In this document: piece after piece, positions 1 to 12,267 of the stretch
Layout: each line of letters begins with the position of its first letter
Numbering within the stretch: the stretch's first letter is position 1
Source of the DNA: Lama guanicoe
Taxonomy: Eukaryota
DNA length: 64,000 nucleotides
Direction of reading: 5' to 3'
Assembly (NCBI GenBank): GCA_013239625.1
Contig: MU057352.1
Span: 30,077,277 to 30,141,276 of the forward strand
Made by a program: the position numbers and the translations under genes
The notes under the pieces: generated by a model
What the model saw: only the letters and a program-made list of their open reading frames with translations
What the model was told of the DNA's origin: nothing
Databases searched by the model: none

Positions 1-49
1 CTCCCTCCTATAAGAATAACCCAAACACATGTTGTTTTTCAAGATACAG

Positions 50-538
50 ACGGAACTCTAGCCGAGTCTGTCGTTCCGACCTTGCGCGCAGCTCTGATGG
101 CACCGCCTCCGCGCCTCCGCTCGCGCGCCCCGCCCCCTCCGGTAAGTGAGGCCGGGTTCGCGCGTTACTCGCCCCGCATCGCAGAGCCCGGGGCGGCGCC
201 AGCGCGGGGCGCCCACTGAGACGGACGGAAGGCTCAGAAGGAAGGAGGAAGGCCAGGCGGGAGGAGGGAAGGAAAAGCAAAGCGGGGAAGGAGTGGCAGC
301 AGCACAGCCCAAGCACCACAGCCAGTCTGAGTGCAGGAAGGCCGCTAGCGGCTGAGCAGCGGCGCTGCGGGGTGAGCGGCGGCGGCGCCCCGGGCTGGAC
401 GGGAGCCGCGCTCGGCGCGAGGCGGCGCAGCACGTCAAGGTCAGCGGCGCCCCCCGAGGCCCCGGGAGGAGCGGCCCCAGCGGGGAGGGGGTCTGCGAAG
501 CTCTCGGCTGCAGCACGGGGGAGTCTCGCGGGAGGCAA
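50..538. promoter_or_regulatory. Intronic CpG island with promoter-like motifs (origin unknown)
   Basis: Very CpG-dense with an abrupt drop to AT-rich sequence after ~540. GC box CCCCGCCCCC 128-137, TCAAGGTCA 435-443, plus-strand donor motifs at 142 and 372. Confidence 0.65.
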
Positions 539-844
539 GAAGGGGCATTTGGCATTTTGTGATGAATGACCACCATCTCAGTGAGCAAGAAGCTCTGAAC
601 GAGCACATTTTAAAACATTTTTTTAAAGAAATGACAAGACAGGGTCCTCAGATAATGGGGGAAGGGGAGTGTGCCAGTGAACCAAGGTGGAAACCACAAA
701 AACATGATTAAAAAAAATCCTACCGAAGACAAGAGGCAAGAAATGATTTCAGAAATGAATTTGGGGATCTGGGAATAAAAGTTACCTAGGAAAAACAGTA
801 ATGTTTCTTCAGGGTGGATGGTTCCTCATAAAATAAGTTTTTAC

Positions 845-898
845 CTGATCGCCTTTCTGCCCAGTCTCACCATCTGCACCACGCTCTCCTTTACTTCC
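845..898 (-). CDS. COL22A1: COL22A1 exon, 54 nt, GSKGERGADGETGQKGDQ
   Basis: ttttctcctaAG acceptor, GTAAAA donor. Confidence 0.94.
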
Positions 899-1409
899 CT
901 TAGGAGAAAAAAAGAAAGAAGGACCATTACTGAAAATCTGGCTAGAGCTTACCTTGCAAAAGAAAAATTTTGGCATTACATCCTTCCACTTATTCAATCA
1001 CTCATTCTTCACTAGTCTCTTGTCAAGACGGTGCTGCAGGCCAGGCAGGATGTCAGCAGATGAGAACAGTTAGGCCTGGTTGAGGGACTGTTGGTGCAAT
1101 GGCTTAATTGGGCTGTAGGGGGCAGGATGGGATCAGCAGAAAATGGGGCTGGGGATCCAGGCAGAGCCCACTTCACTGACAATCTTTTGTGTCAGCCCGA
1201 GAATCTGAATTTACTTGTAGGCTCTGGAAACCAGCAGAAGGATGTAGGACCACCCTAGGCTTCAGGAGGGTGCCTCAGGCTGCGGTGCAGGGTGGGCTAG
1301 AAGGTCCAGGATGAAGAGATGGGGTCAGTTAGGAGGAAACTGGGATGTTACAAGTGTGGGAAGGAAAGGAGCAGAGTCAACACGGTGTCTGTGGGCATCG
1401 CAGAGTAGA

Positions 1410-1535
1410 CCAGCACCACCACCGCCCCCTCCTCCTCGTCACCACCGTCACCACATCGCTCACCCCCAGCACCACTACCGCCCCCTCCTCCTCACATCAT
1501 CATCATCTTCATCATCACAGTCATCAAGACACCAC
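1410..1535 (+). repeat. Low-complexity (CAC/CAT)n-like repeat
   Basis: caccaccaccg...catcatcatcatcttcatcatcac. Confidence 0.8.
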
Positions 1536-2424
1536 GTGCAACCTACCAAAATTATAGTTTCACAGACCAACTCGAAGTAATATTCAAAGGTTCCAATCTA
1601 TCTTAATGGTCACCTATTTGGCCCCATGTTTCCCATGCTAACAAGTGTATTTCAGTAAAATGCTATTAAACAAAAACATCCCAGTTCCTTTAAAAGAATG
1701 CACTACGCAGTAGAAGAAGTCACTGGGGGTTAGCCGCCTTGGCTCTGGTGCCAGGCCCGGCATCCCTTGTCTTTGCGGCTTGCAGAAGATTATGCTCTTT
1801 CTTCACTCTGTTCATCCGGTAAATGAAGGATAGGGGTGTATGTCAATCTATGAAGGTCCTTCCAGCTCCAGAACCCGACAGTTCTCTCACTGAAACATCA
1901 CACCCACCCTCTTCCCATCCCGACTGCGGTACCACATCAGCAGTTCATGGGGACAGTGACTACCGAACAGCACGCTGGCTGCCCCCCTGCAGTGTACCGT
2001 GATGGTTAGGTGATCTCGTGCCTGCAGAGCGCCAAGTGCTGTTGTTTAGAGGAGAAAAGCAGTAGGTTCAGAGGGGAAGAGCATTTATTCCAACATGTTT
2101 GCATGTAATTATTTCTACTGTTTTTAAGTCGATAAAGCCAGCACACTGTCTGCAGCCACTTTGTAATTTCAACGAAAAGCAGTGACATAGAACAGCACAC
2201 TGGTTCTCTGACATTAAGGACAATTGCCTTAAAAGTAAATGGTTTTCTTTCAATTTCCAGCCCTCAGTTTGGCCTTAGAGTGGTTTCAACCCTCATCTAA
2301 CAACTAAAATGTCAGCAGCTCAAGGCTGGCCACAGTTGTCCTTGTCTCCTCCACCGCAGCTGGGAATCAGCACAAACACGGCCACCCCCAAGCCTGACTC
2401 AATTCCTTCCAGAAAAGAGGGCTG

Positions 2425-2720
2425 ACATTTACAGAGCCCCTACTCTGCCGGGCACTCTGCCAGGGCTTTCGCATGAGATCTCATTCCATGTTTTTCTTTG
2501 TTTATATCCCGAGCTGGTGCAAAACAACATTTACTAGTCTATGTTATCTCATTTAGCCAAGACGACTGCTTGACGTAGAGGTTATTATCAGAGTGTATTA
2601 GTAAGAAACCTGAAGACCAGAGAGGTTAAGTCATTCGTCTGAGGTCACAGAGCTAATAAAAAACAAGATGTGGCATCAAATCCAGATCTGTCAGTATCCA
2701 AACTGCCTGCTCTGACCAGG
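2425..2720 (-). mobile_element. MIR SINE fragments (approximate limits)
   Basis: acatttacagagc...; gaaacctgaagaccagagaggttaagtcattcgtctgaggtcacagagcta, resembling the MIR core. Confidence 0.6.
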
Positions 2721-2971
2721 TTACTTTCCTGGTTATTTTCCTAGGTTGTGACGCCTTGTCCCACTGGTTTTATGATGTGCAGATCGCCGGATTTAGAGTC
2801 TGATTGATCATGCTCTGGGAACCATTCTATGCACAGAGAATACAGCCATCAAAGACAGATTAGAAACAAAAAAAACAACCTGCCCCCCTGGAGCCCACAT
2901 CCCAGGGTCATTACTAGTTTGCTACTTGGCTATCTTGGTTCTCTTCAGCAGATGTTTACTGAGGATCGACT

Positions 2972-3370
2972 GTTAGGGTTTTGTTTTTCCTGTTGAAAAT
3001 CAGGGAAGGAACTCCCACCACACCCCTTTTATTAGAGCATTTACTTTAGAAAACTCGTCACTGTGAGTTCTTTCTCTGTCGCTTTGAAATGTATGTAAGC
3101 CTTTTCCAAAGCTAAGTAAGCCTTTTGCCAGCTCTAGGTCCCAGGAAAGTCTTTCTCAAGGACCTGGGAACATTGTTTTGAAATGTAATCATCAAGGAAA
3201 ATGAAACCCCATCTCCCAGGTTCTGCAGGAAGGGAGGAGCCTAACTACAGGGCCCCTTGTTCCAAGCTACAAACTACCTCCAGTTAAAAAGACGTCAGAA
3301 GTTTGTTTTGTTTTGTACAAAGCTAATTCACTAAAGCAGACGGCCACCCCGCTTACCAGGTGACCTTGTA
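2972..3370 (+). mobile_element. ERV1 LTR fragment (MER34/MER39-like)
   Basis: tttctcaaggacctgggaac...ttgaaatgtaatcatcaagga...ccccatctcccag motif, recalled from MER34-group LTRs; limits approximate. Confidence 0.6.
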
Positions 3371-5158
3371 GGTCTTTCTTCTCCAGCACATCAGGCCCTA
3401 AAAGGCATGGCCCATATCTGACCTAACTCTATACCTCCTGACTTGGAAGGGAGCTGTTCAAGGCCATGCTTGGTGAGAACCTTCCAGGATCAAGGCAGCT
3501 GTAGGTGAAAAGACTTCTCTCCTGAAGACAGCATGGACTAAATGGCTTTGGGCTGCCTTCTGGGCAGAATGGGATTCCAGGACCTTTTCTGGCAGAGGAG
3601 GTATGACTCTGCCTCCCAGACTCGTGGGCTCCAAGCGGGGGCTTCTGCTCATTTAGTGTCTCCAGTCCTACAGCTCCCGTTACATGACTGGTGCACATGT
3701 GGGTGAGAAGAAAACCATGTTTTTCGTGAAGGACAGAATAGTCAAACTGGAAGAGGCTTTAACATCTGACTCTGCAGAAAATTATGTGTCCAGAAAATCA
3801 TGTTCTGATTACCATCTTGCTTCTTCTTCCTCTACATGGCTCATAATCAAACAGCAGCCACTACCTCAGACCCTAACCCGTAGAGTCAGTGTCTATGCGG
3901 TCTGAAAGCTCTAGATCGGAGCTCTGCAGTTGATGATGTCAGTGACCTCCCCAGACCCGGCAGCCAGAGGGAACAGCTGTAAATCTGCAAGACAAATCTT
4001 AGGGAAGCTGGTTTCCCAGATGCTGGATCACAAGCTGCAAACAAGCAAATCAAACCTTCCTGATGATGCATGTGACCAGTGGCCACCCAGGACCTTTGGT
4101 TATAAAAGGACATTAACAGTGACCATAGATGCTCCATTATGAGTAGCATTTTCAATTTACAAATTCATCTTCGTGCCCCCAGGTCTGGCAGCGATAAGTG
4201 AAATTCAGCAGAAAGGAAACGAAACAGTCCTCTGTTCTGTTTCCTGGAGATTGGCTTCGGATGAACCAAGAGCACAGAGACAGGTTTGAGCTTGAAGCCA
4301 AGAACCAAGGCAAGCCGGTGAGTCCTCTGCAACTCATTCTCCCAACAACAGGTGGTCGTAAGGGGAAGCTGTTACAGGATCATTACCAGAGGCAGCTGGC
4401 TTTGCCCTCCTTGGGAGCTGTCCTTGGTGCTGGCGCTGGAGGTAGCGTTGCTGGGGTCTAACAGCAGGCTACTACCGTGGGGCATAGTAGGGATCACCTT
4501 GGCTATACCACCCACTAGTTTCATAATTCTAGCACTTAATCTTGCCAAACTCTAGTTTCCTAGTCTGTAAGGTGGAACAGTATCTCTGCCTCCCAGGATG
4601 ATGCTGACCTTTGCAGGAGGTAGTACTTAAAGCAGGTAAACTGGCCTTAGCTCTTAGCACACCAGGTATCTCACCTACTGGCTGCAGCTCCCTGGGAGTT
4701 CATTCTGCAAGTGAACCCTGAGAACTTCTCAAGGTCGCCATGGACTCCCAAGTGGAGAAGCAAACCCTTGTCTCTCAGATACAGCATTAATTTGTGTTCT
4801 TTCTCTGGATGGAAGCTTTCTTTGGCTTTCTCTTGATTATGTAAAGGAACAAATCTCCCTTGAAGGGAATTATAGAAGAACAAAGGCAGAGCCATTGTCC
4901 CAAGACATCAGCACTTCAAGCGGGGCTGGGCTGATAGAGAAAATAACTCCTACTTAGTGGAGGGAACTCCTTATCTGTTTAATTGATTTGCTTTTGTTTC
5001 CCTGAATAAAGGCCATTCCCTGGCAGGGGCAGCACCCAGCAGCCGGTAAGCTGACAGCGAAGACTGCATACTTAAGGCTCAGTTGAAATTCCCCACCTGC
5101 AGAGTCCTTCAGCGAGGAGTTCAGCCACCACCTATGACCCCAGAAAGGGAGGGTAAGA

Positions 5159-5188
5159 CTCAGTTAATAGCCCCTCAGTTAATAGCCC
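5159..5188. repeat. 15-bp perfect tandem duplication (ctcagttaatagccc x2)
   Basis: Direct reading of the sequence. Confidence 0.9.
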
Positions 5189-5590
5189 CGAGGCAGCTAT
5201 GCTTTGTGCAGTCTCTTAACCTAACGCTGCACCAGGGCAGTCTCTCGTTCCAGCAACACTGAGACCTGATGCCTGCAGTTTGTGAAGCAGTAGTGTCGGG
5301 TCTGTCAAGACCCTACGAAACTTCAAAGTCTATCGGACAACAGCAAACGCTAGATGTGGTGACCCGCCAGCCAGGGCCTGGGTGACCTGGTGGTTCTCCA
5401 CCTGGATACCCGACAGGTGGCTGTCACACCACAGTATTTCTGTTTGCTTCCTTGCTTTTAACAATAGTGAGTGAGTTTTCTGATTTTAGAACCATCATTC
5501 CTCTACACTGGACGTCACTCGTCCTCAAACTCAGGTTACCCAGTGAGATGAGCAGAATAATTGTACACAGTTTTATGAAGGCTCACTGAC

Positions 5591-5644
5591 CTGTGGTCCA
5601 GCTATTCCTGGGGGCCCTGGGAGGCCTCTGGGACCAGCATCTCC
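5591..5644 (-). CDS. COL22A1: COL22A1 exon, 54 nt, GDAGPRGLPGPPGIAGPQ
   Basis: gctacAG acceptor, GTCAGT donor. Confidence 0.94.
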
Positions 5645-5677
5645 CTGTAGCATCAACAACAAGAATGAGTGTCTGGA

Positions 5678-5955
5678 CCAGAACAGACTCAGACATAGAA
5701 AACAAACTATGGTTACCAAGGGGGAAAGTGGGGCGGGGGATAAATTAGGAGTTTGGGATTAACAGATACACACCACATATAACATAGATAAACAACAAGG
5801 ACCTACTGTACAGCACAGCGAAGTAGAGTTAATTTCTTGTAATAAGTTATAATGGAAAGGGATCTGAAAATATATGTATGTATATGTATAACTGAATCGC
5901 TTTGCTGTACACCTGAAACTAACATTGTAAATCAACTACACTTCCACAAGAAAAA
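5678..5955 (+). mobile_element. 5'-truncated cetartiodactyl-type L1 3' end with degenerate 17-bp TSD
   Basis: ggataaattaggagtttgggattaacagatacac...aacaacaaggacctactgtacagcacag...ctttgctgtacacctgaaactaacattgtaaatcaactac plus A tail. TSD aagaatgagtgtctgga (5661-5677) / aaggatgcgtgtttgga (5956-5972). Confidence 0.88.
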
Positions 5956-6730
5956 AAGGATGCGTGTTTGGAGCCCACACCCAGAGTTACAGCAAGCCAC
6001 CCCCTTACACATCTAGTCACTGATTTCCCACTGAGATTTCCCTGTCCCCTTCCCACCCCCAGCGTGTGTGAGCTAAGAGGGCAGACGAGTGGTGGCGACA
6101 GGAGCACGGCTATGTGTCCATGGGCATGACCCACCGCTACCGTGCTAGCTGGCGTGCTAGCCAGTCCCCAGGACGACCCCAGTGACCTCTGCCCCCACAG
6201 CCACACCCCTGAGTAGAACCCTCCCGTGTACCAGCGAGGCAACTCTGGGGTCTCCAAGATGATGCAATGGTAAAAACTGTTTCCTATTTTCTCCTTACCT
6301 TCTTCCCTTCTGCGCCTTCTCTAAAACTAACATTGTAAATCAACTACACTTCCACAAGAAAAAAAGGATGCGTGTTTGGAGCCCACACCCAGAGTTACAG
6401 CAAGCCACCCCCTTACACATCTAGTCACTGATTTCCCACTGAGATTTCCCTGTCCCCTTCCCACCCCCAGCGTGTGTGAGCTAAGAGGGCAGACGAGTGG
6501 TGGCGACAGGAGCACGGCTATGTGTCCATGGGCATGACCCACCGCTACCGTGCTAGCTGGCGTGCTAGCCAGTCCCCAGGACGACCCCAGTGACCTCTGC
6601 CCCCACAGCCACACCCCTGAGTAGAACCCTCCCGTGTACCAGCGAGGCAACTCTGGGGTCTCCAAGATGATGCAATGGTAAAAACTGTTTCCTATTTTCT
6701 CCTTACCTTCTTCCCTTCTGCGCCTTCTCT
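5916..6730. repeat. Tandem duplication: 407-bp copies 5916-6322 and 6324-6730 separated by one A
   Basis: Offset 408; identical 112-aa translations in the ORF track; both ends checked by eye. Confidence 0.95.
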
Positions 6731-6820
6731 CCCTGGCTTTCCTGGGAGACCTTTGTCCCCTTTAAAACCTGGCAGACCAGGGAGGCCCGGGGGGCCAGGG
6801 GGGCAGTCATTGCACATGTC
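6707..6820 (-). CDS. COL22A1: COL22A1 exon, 114 nt, [38 protein letters not shown]
   Basis: ctttcAG acceptor, GTAAGG donor; CxxC motif at NC/COL junction. Confidence 0.96.
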
Positions 6821-8966
6821 CTGAAAGAAAGAGCAAACACATGATACAGTTACTGGCAAAACAAAAGGTGGCCCAGAGCTCCTCCTCTCCAGACAGGAGG
6901 AAGCCAGCAAATGAGGAAAGAGCAAGCAGGTGGGTTGAGTCATTACCCAAATAGCTTGTGTCAAGCTTTGCATTTTTCTCTTAGTCCTAAATTAGATTTC
7001 AGTGCTGATATATCTGGATTACTACCCCATTTCTCCCTGCTTCTGGCCAAACGGCTGAAACACAGCCCAAGACAAAGATGTCAAAAGTGCATGTACCAGT
7101 ATCTGTGAACATGTGGAGATACTCACAGTACAGGTTTAATGCAAACACTCAGCATTGTTTACAATAGCACGCCCTGTCCCTAAGGCTAGAGACAAAACAA
7201 AGCCGGAGCTGCGTCCTCGGTCTCATGGGTTTGCCCAAGTGGTTCCTGAACAAAGCAGCAAGACAAAGAAAGCAACAGGTGCCCGCCCTCAGGACTCTGC
7301 TGCCTGGCACATGCGAACCTCCCCAGGCCTGGCATTCCTCTCTGCCCACAGTGGGCATTTAACAAATGTTCCCTGGAAAGGAGCTTTGCTCTCCTTCTTT
7401 GAGGCAGGCAAGTCCCCAGAGTGAATGTAAAGCCCTCAGCCCAGGGAACAGGTTTTCTAACTTGTCTGTGTCATCCCCAGATCTTACAGCTTGGAGCACA
7501 GCAAACACCAAATAAAACTCACGGGCTTGACCACACCCCTGCCCGTCTCACCCCCCAGGGGCTTGGGTCGCTCCCTCCACGGCCTTCTCGCTAACCCTCC
7601 CTCTCTTCCTCCCCCACTCTCTCCTTTTGATGAAGGTGTCAGCTCCTTCCCAGTGCACTTGGCTATTTCTATTCATTCATGTGTTCACTCAGCCGCTCCC
7701 TCAATGAAAGAGCATTTACTTGCAAAGCAACCACTCTGTCAGGCACCGTGCCTCTCCGCTCTGAGACCACAGGAGCACGCATCCTGAGGGCTCTTGGTCC
7801 CGCGGCACCCACGGACACGCAACACACACACTGACAAGGGCCTCTGGGATGCTGCCCTGGAGCCACCTGCAGAGTGTCCTGTAGGACAAGGTGCACGTGT
7901 TCACATTCAGTGAGGTGAGCTTTCAGGCGACCTGGCATTCATCTTGGTGTCTAATGCAGGATGGACGGGCTTTTTCCATCAAAAAAGCAACTCTGAACAG
8001 TCTACCTTCCTTTGACAAGCTCACTCCTGCTCAGTCTCTGCAGACTCTTCAGCTGTGTCCTCCTCCAGGACGTCCCCCAAGAACTGGGGGTGTGTTCCTG
8101 CTTCCACGGACCCAGGAATTCCCGCTGTGGCAGCACGTGACCCACTGTTGATGTGGTCTGTTTATAGCTCCATGCCCTCCCCACCAAGAAAAGGAAAGTG
8201 TGACTCTCCGAGAACAGAGGTAGAGTCTTTATGCATCCAATTCAGAGCAAATAACCTACTGCAGAGCATGAGTTCCGTCAGTGGGTGAGCCAGCCGACCC
8301 GACTGACCGACCAGTGACCTGCTGGCATCCAGGGCCATCTTCCTTAGCAGGTGGTTCCAGAAGCTGCTGAATTTTTAGGGGAAGGGTGAGGAGCATCAAA
8401 TGTTTTCGCTGCTGCCTTTTGTTTGGAGGCATGGCAGACGTGGGAGGAACTCACGTATTCCCAGACCTTCTCTTATAGTTCTTCAAAATGAGACACATCC
8501 ACGACATGCAGCAGAGTGGACAGAGGCTGCACGGGAGCGGAGCTAGCCTGGTGGCTGCGGGAGCTTGGGCCACTGAGATTTTGTTGGATGTGCGGGACAC
8601 AGAGTGATGGGGAACCACCCTCTGCAGTGAGGTCCAGAGCACAAAGCGGCAAATCTGAGTAACTCATCTCACTGGTTTCGACTCTCTCTTTTCAGCTTCC
8701 GTCGTGGATAACTCTCAGGCTGACTGTGTCTTAGTCCCAGTTTCTGTGCAGGATTGTTCACTGAAGACCAGTGCAGCCCCACCGCAGCCCACAGACTCAC
8801 CAGCGAGGGGGCTGGACTTAGCATACTGACCCGGCCCTGGAACCCAGCGAGCACAGGGCAAGGCCAGCCCCCCACTGCTGTCCTACCCACCCTCAATTGG
8901 GCGCCTGTGCTCCTGGGGTCCCCAGTTCCTCTTGACCCTGGGCTGCCTGGAATGTCTTGAGACTAG

Positions 8967-9505
8967 TATTGGGGCCCAGGGCAGGCTGCCCTCAAATATG
9001 TCTCAATGGCATATTGATTATTTTGAATTAAAGTGACTCAAGAAATGGCCAATGCAGGCGGGACAGTGACCCTTCTCTCTGTCACCCTGAGAGCAGGAGA
9101 TAAATCTCTCACGTGAAACGCGCACTGCCCGCATTTGGAGGTGGGACACCTTCACTGCCAGAGACAGGGCATCCAGGGCCGAGAAGCCGGTGTAAACAAA
9201 CCTCCTGATTTTAATTCACGGCCCCGAGCCCAAGCTCCGCTCAGGTTCTTCACTGATGAATCGCCCGAAGCCTAAGCTTCTTTTCCCTGCCAGTTCCTCA
9301 CACACACACACTGTTTCTTTGTCCAAAAAGTATAAAAGCTGCCAGTTTTGGCCACTTCTTAGGTCCCATTTCTAAGATAACTCCACGTGCATGAATTAAA
9401 ACCTGTTGCTTTTCCTCCCACTAATCTGTCCTGTGTCACCTTTCTCATTAGTCCAGCCACAAGAGCCCCAGAGGGGGTGTAGGGGGAAAACCCCACTCTC
9501 CATCA
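8967..9505 (+). mobile_element. ERV1-class solo LTR (MER34-like) with 4-bp TSD CTAG
   Basis: ctag|tattgggg...ccatca|ctag; TATAAAAG at 9331; ATTAAA at ~9394; atggcatattgattattttgaattaaag motif. Confidence 0.85.
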
Positions 9506-12059
9506 CTAGACCGGGCTCTACTTCCAACCAGGCGGGCTTGCTCAGACCACACGGAAGCCTCTGCCACTCGGGCCCACGGCTTCACCTCTCCCAGCCGCAG
9601 CCTCCTCACGTGTGAGGTCAGAGAATGAGTAACGAGGGCTGCCTGCCTGCTGCCGAGCTGGGCCCCCGGTGGGAGCACGAGTGTCTGCCGCCCCGTGAGT
9701 CACTGTGGGTTCAGCCGCCGTTTCCCTCCGAGTCTGTCCCCTTGTCGCACCTGCACATCAGATGCCCTTGCTCCTCAGCACTGATCCCCACCTCTTCCAT
9801 GTCACCGGGTCATCCCAGACAGGCCACTTAGTCCCCACTAGTCTATTTCTACACCAGCTGACAAGGCTCATTCTCCGACCTTAGGGTACAGTCGTGGAGT
9901 TTAAACGGAGCAGGCCTGTGGCGCGTCTAGCACGTTGCCAGGTCCCCTATGCGTAATCTGCAGACGCAACCCCTCTCGCCCCCACCCCCTGCCCTTCGCC
10001 TGCGGCGCCCTCAGCAAACCCAGCCGGCCATGTTGTTCTGTGTGGTGAGGCATGGCACACCAAGCAAGCGCTCCTAAAATGCTTATAACAGGAGGAACTG
10101 CAGTCTCTGCCACATGGGAGAAAACCACCGCTGCTTCTCAGGTGCAGAAATCACCTCCCAATCACCTGACCCAAGCCCCTGCTGGACTCCTGCCCCCTCA
10201 CTGCACACTCCTGCTGAAGGGCTGTGGAGCCTGCATTTCAAACCTCTGGGTAACAGACAAGGAACTCGCTACTGCCTGCACGTCATCAGGGAGCTGTCAG
10301 GAAGCTCAGACTCAGGCAGAGGTGAAGGTGGATGGCAGAGGGGATAAGCACAAGGGTTCGGAGTTGGTCTCACTGGGTTTGAGACTCGGCTCTGCCACCG
10401 TCCAGCTCTGTTACCTTCAACAGGCGACTGGCCCACCTGTGCCCAGCCTCCTGCTCTGTCAAATGCGGCTAGTAACAGCGCCCGCCCACTGGGGTGTCTG
10501 CGGCCACTGGATGCAATAATGCTTATCCTGGGGAACCATCTCACGGGGAAGCCCTGAGGACGGCCTCCCTGGGCACAGCTCCAGCTACGCAAGTTCCTTA
10601 AAGCTGAACTTCCTACCCAGGCAGTTTTCCAACTCTCAGAATGGGGTAAGTGTTCTGTAGTAAAGGATGCATCCTCAGCAAGGGAGGGGCCTGTCCACAG
10701 CCACCTGGACCAGACCATCAGCTTTAACCCACATCAGCAACGTGGCAACAGGTGATTACACAACAGGGAGCTATGGCAGACCTGAGCAAACCCACATGGC
10801 CCAGGCGCCCGTCTACAGGGTTTCCAGGCAAAGCACACTCCACAGGACCAAGGAATTCCAGGCGCTGCCCTGCACGTAGGCGCTCACGCGACCTCCGTGG
10901 TTCCTGGCTGCTCTGATGAACACAGCTGCATCCTTCAGCAGGTAAGAAGTATTGATTCGACTAAGTGCCCTTCTCAGGGCTGCAGCCATGAAGAACGGTC
11001 TTAACCCATGCAGGACTCACTGCTGTCATCACTGCCCTGAAGACTGGGACACCCTGCGTTGAAATCCTTCGGTGGGGGCAAAGGGGCTGATGCAAACCCA
11101 GTGCCTTTCAATGGGGCGGAAATTAAGAAAAAATCATCAAGGCTATAAAAGCCTGTAATAAATAAGGCTTAAATCAATAGACAATGATTTCTTGCCACGT
11201 CCTGGTTGTGAAAGAAAAACCAAACCTCCCTCTTGTCAGTAACAATCAGGAAAGACCGCCCCACTGCTGCGCATCTTGAACACAAAGTATGACTTTGCCT
11301 CAGGGCAGCTCGACGTGCAGAGGATCACACGTCCCGGCTTCTGAGGAGCTTTTCTTCTCCCTTTCCTTCTCCTCCCGTTTTCATGCAAGAACCAGGTGTT
11401 TTCTGACACCACCCAAGTGGTCTTCAGAATACAGGAAGTGAGGAAGGGGCTGATCACACAAAATCCAGTGCCAAGCTTCACCCAGAGTGAAGACAAAGGC
11501 TGGAAACAGAGGCAGCAAAAGGGTCCTCCACACCCGCGGCAGCAGGACTGCTCCTCCTGGAACACGAGTCTTCTCCTGTCTCTGTCAGGCTCACAGCCTC
11601 TCCCGGGTCTCCTCTATTTAAGATCAGAGGTCCTCGGCCAGGGTCCTGGGCATGCAGCTTTCTCCGCCCTGTCTCAGCAGAGTCACGCTCAGCTCAGGGC
11701 GCCTGCTGCTCGTGCAAAGTGCACGTGGTCCTGAAAATGAGCTGAGTCTGCACTCAGGTCTGAACTCACCCCGGCCACGGGCTCCAGCCCCCCGCACCTG
11801 CGCTCCGGACCTCATGCCAGAGGCCCCCGCCTGACCTGGCTGACCCTGCCCACGCCCCTCTCTTGAGAGCTCGAGGAGGCAGTCCTGCGGGGGGCCAGGT
11901 CAGCCACTGGAAGCCGTGGGGCGTGGATTCCACTCCCAGAAAGTCACTGACCCTCACGGTGTCTCAGGTTTCCAACAAGTAAAGCAAAAACAGAAACAGT
12001 ACCAATATCAGAGAGTAACTGTGGACAGTAAGTAAGAGACACCCACGGAGTGTTTAGCA

Positions 12060-12267
12060 CAGCCCTGCCCAGAGGACCTTCTGCGACGACAGAAATCCTC
12101 CGTATCTGCACTGTCCTGTGAAACAGCCACTAGCCACGTGTGGTGATTAAGTACTTGGAATGCGACTAGTGCGACCGAGGACTGGAACTGTTCATTGCAC
12201 TTAATTTTAGTTATCTTAAATTTAAATTGACACACGTGGCCAGTGGCTGCTGCCCTGGACAGTGCAT
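12060..12267. mobile_element. MER3-like hAT-Charlie DNA transposon relic
   Basis: gccactagccacgtgtgg...aagtacttggaatgcgactagtgcgaccgagga...ttaaatttaaatt...tggccagtggct. Confidence 0.75.

Noticed and set aside
8-606. 176-aa and 182-aa minus-strand ORFs over the CpG island
   Set aside because: Stop-poor GC-rich DNA giving Pro/Ala/Arg-biased peptides with no recognisable domain.
1311-1580. His/Pro/Ser-rich ORFs
   Set aside because: Translation of the (CAC/CAT)n low-complexity repeat.
5919-6665. Two identical 112-aa ORFs suggesting a duplicated small gene
   Set aside because: Intronic sequence running into an L1 tail; identity comes from the tandem duplication.
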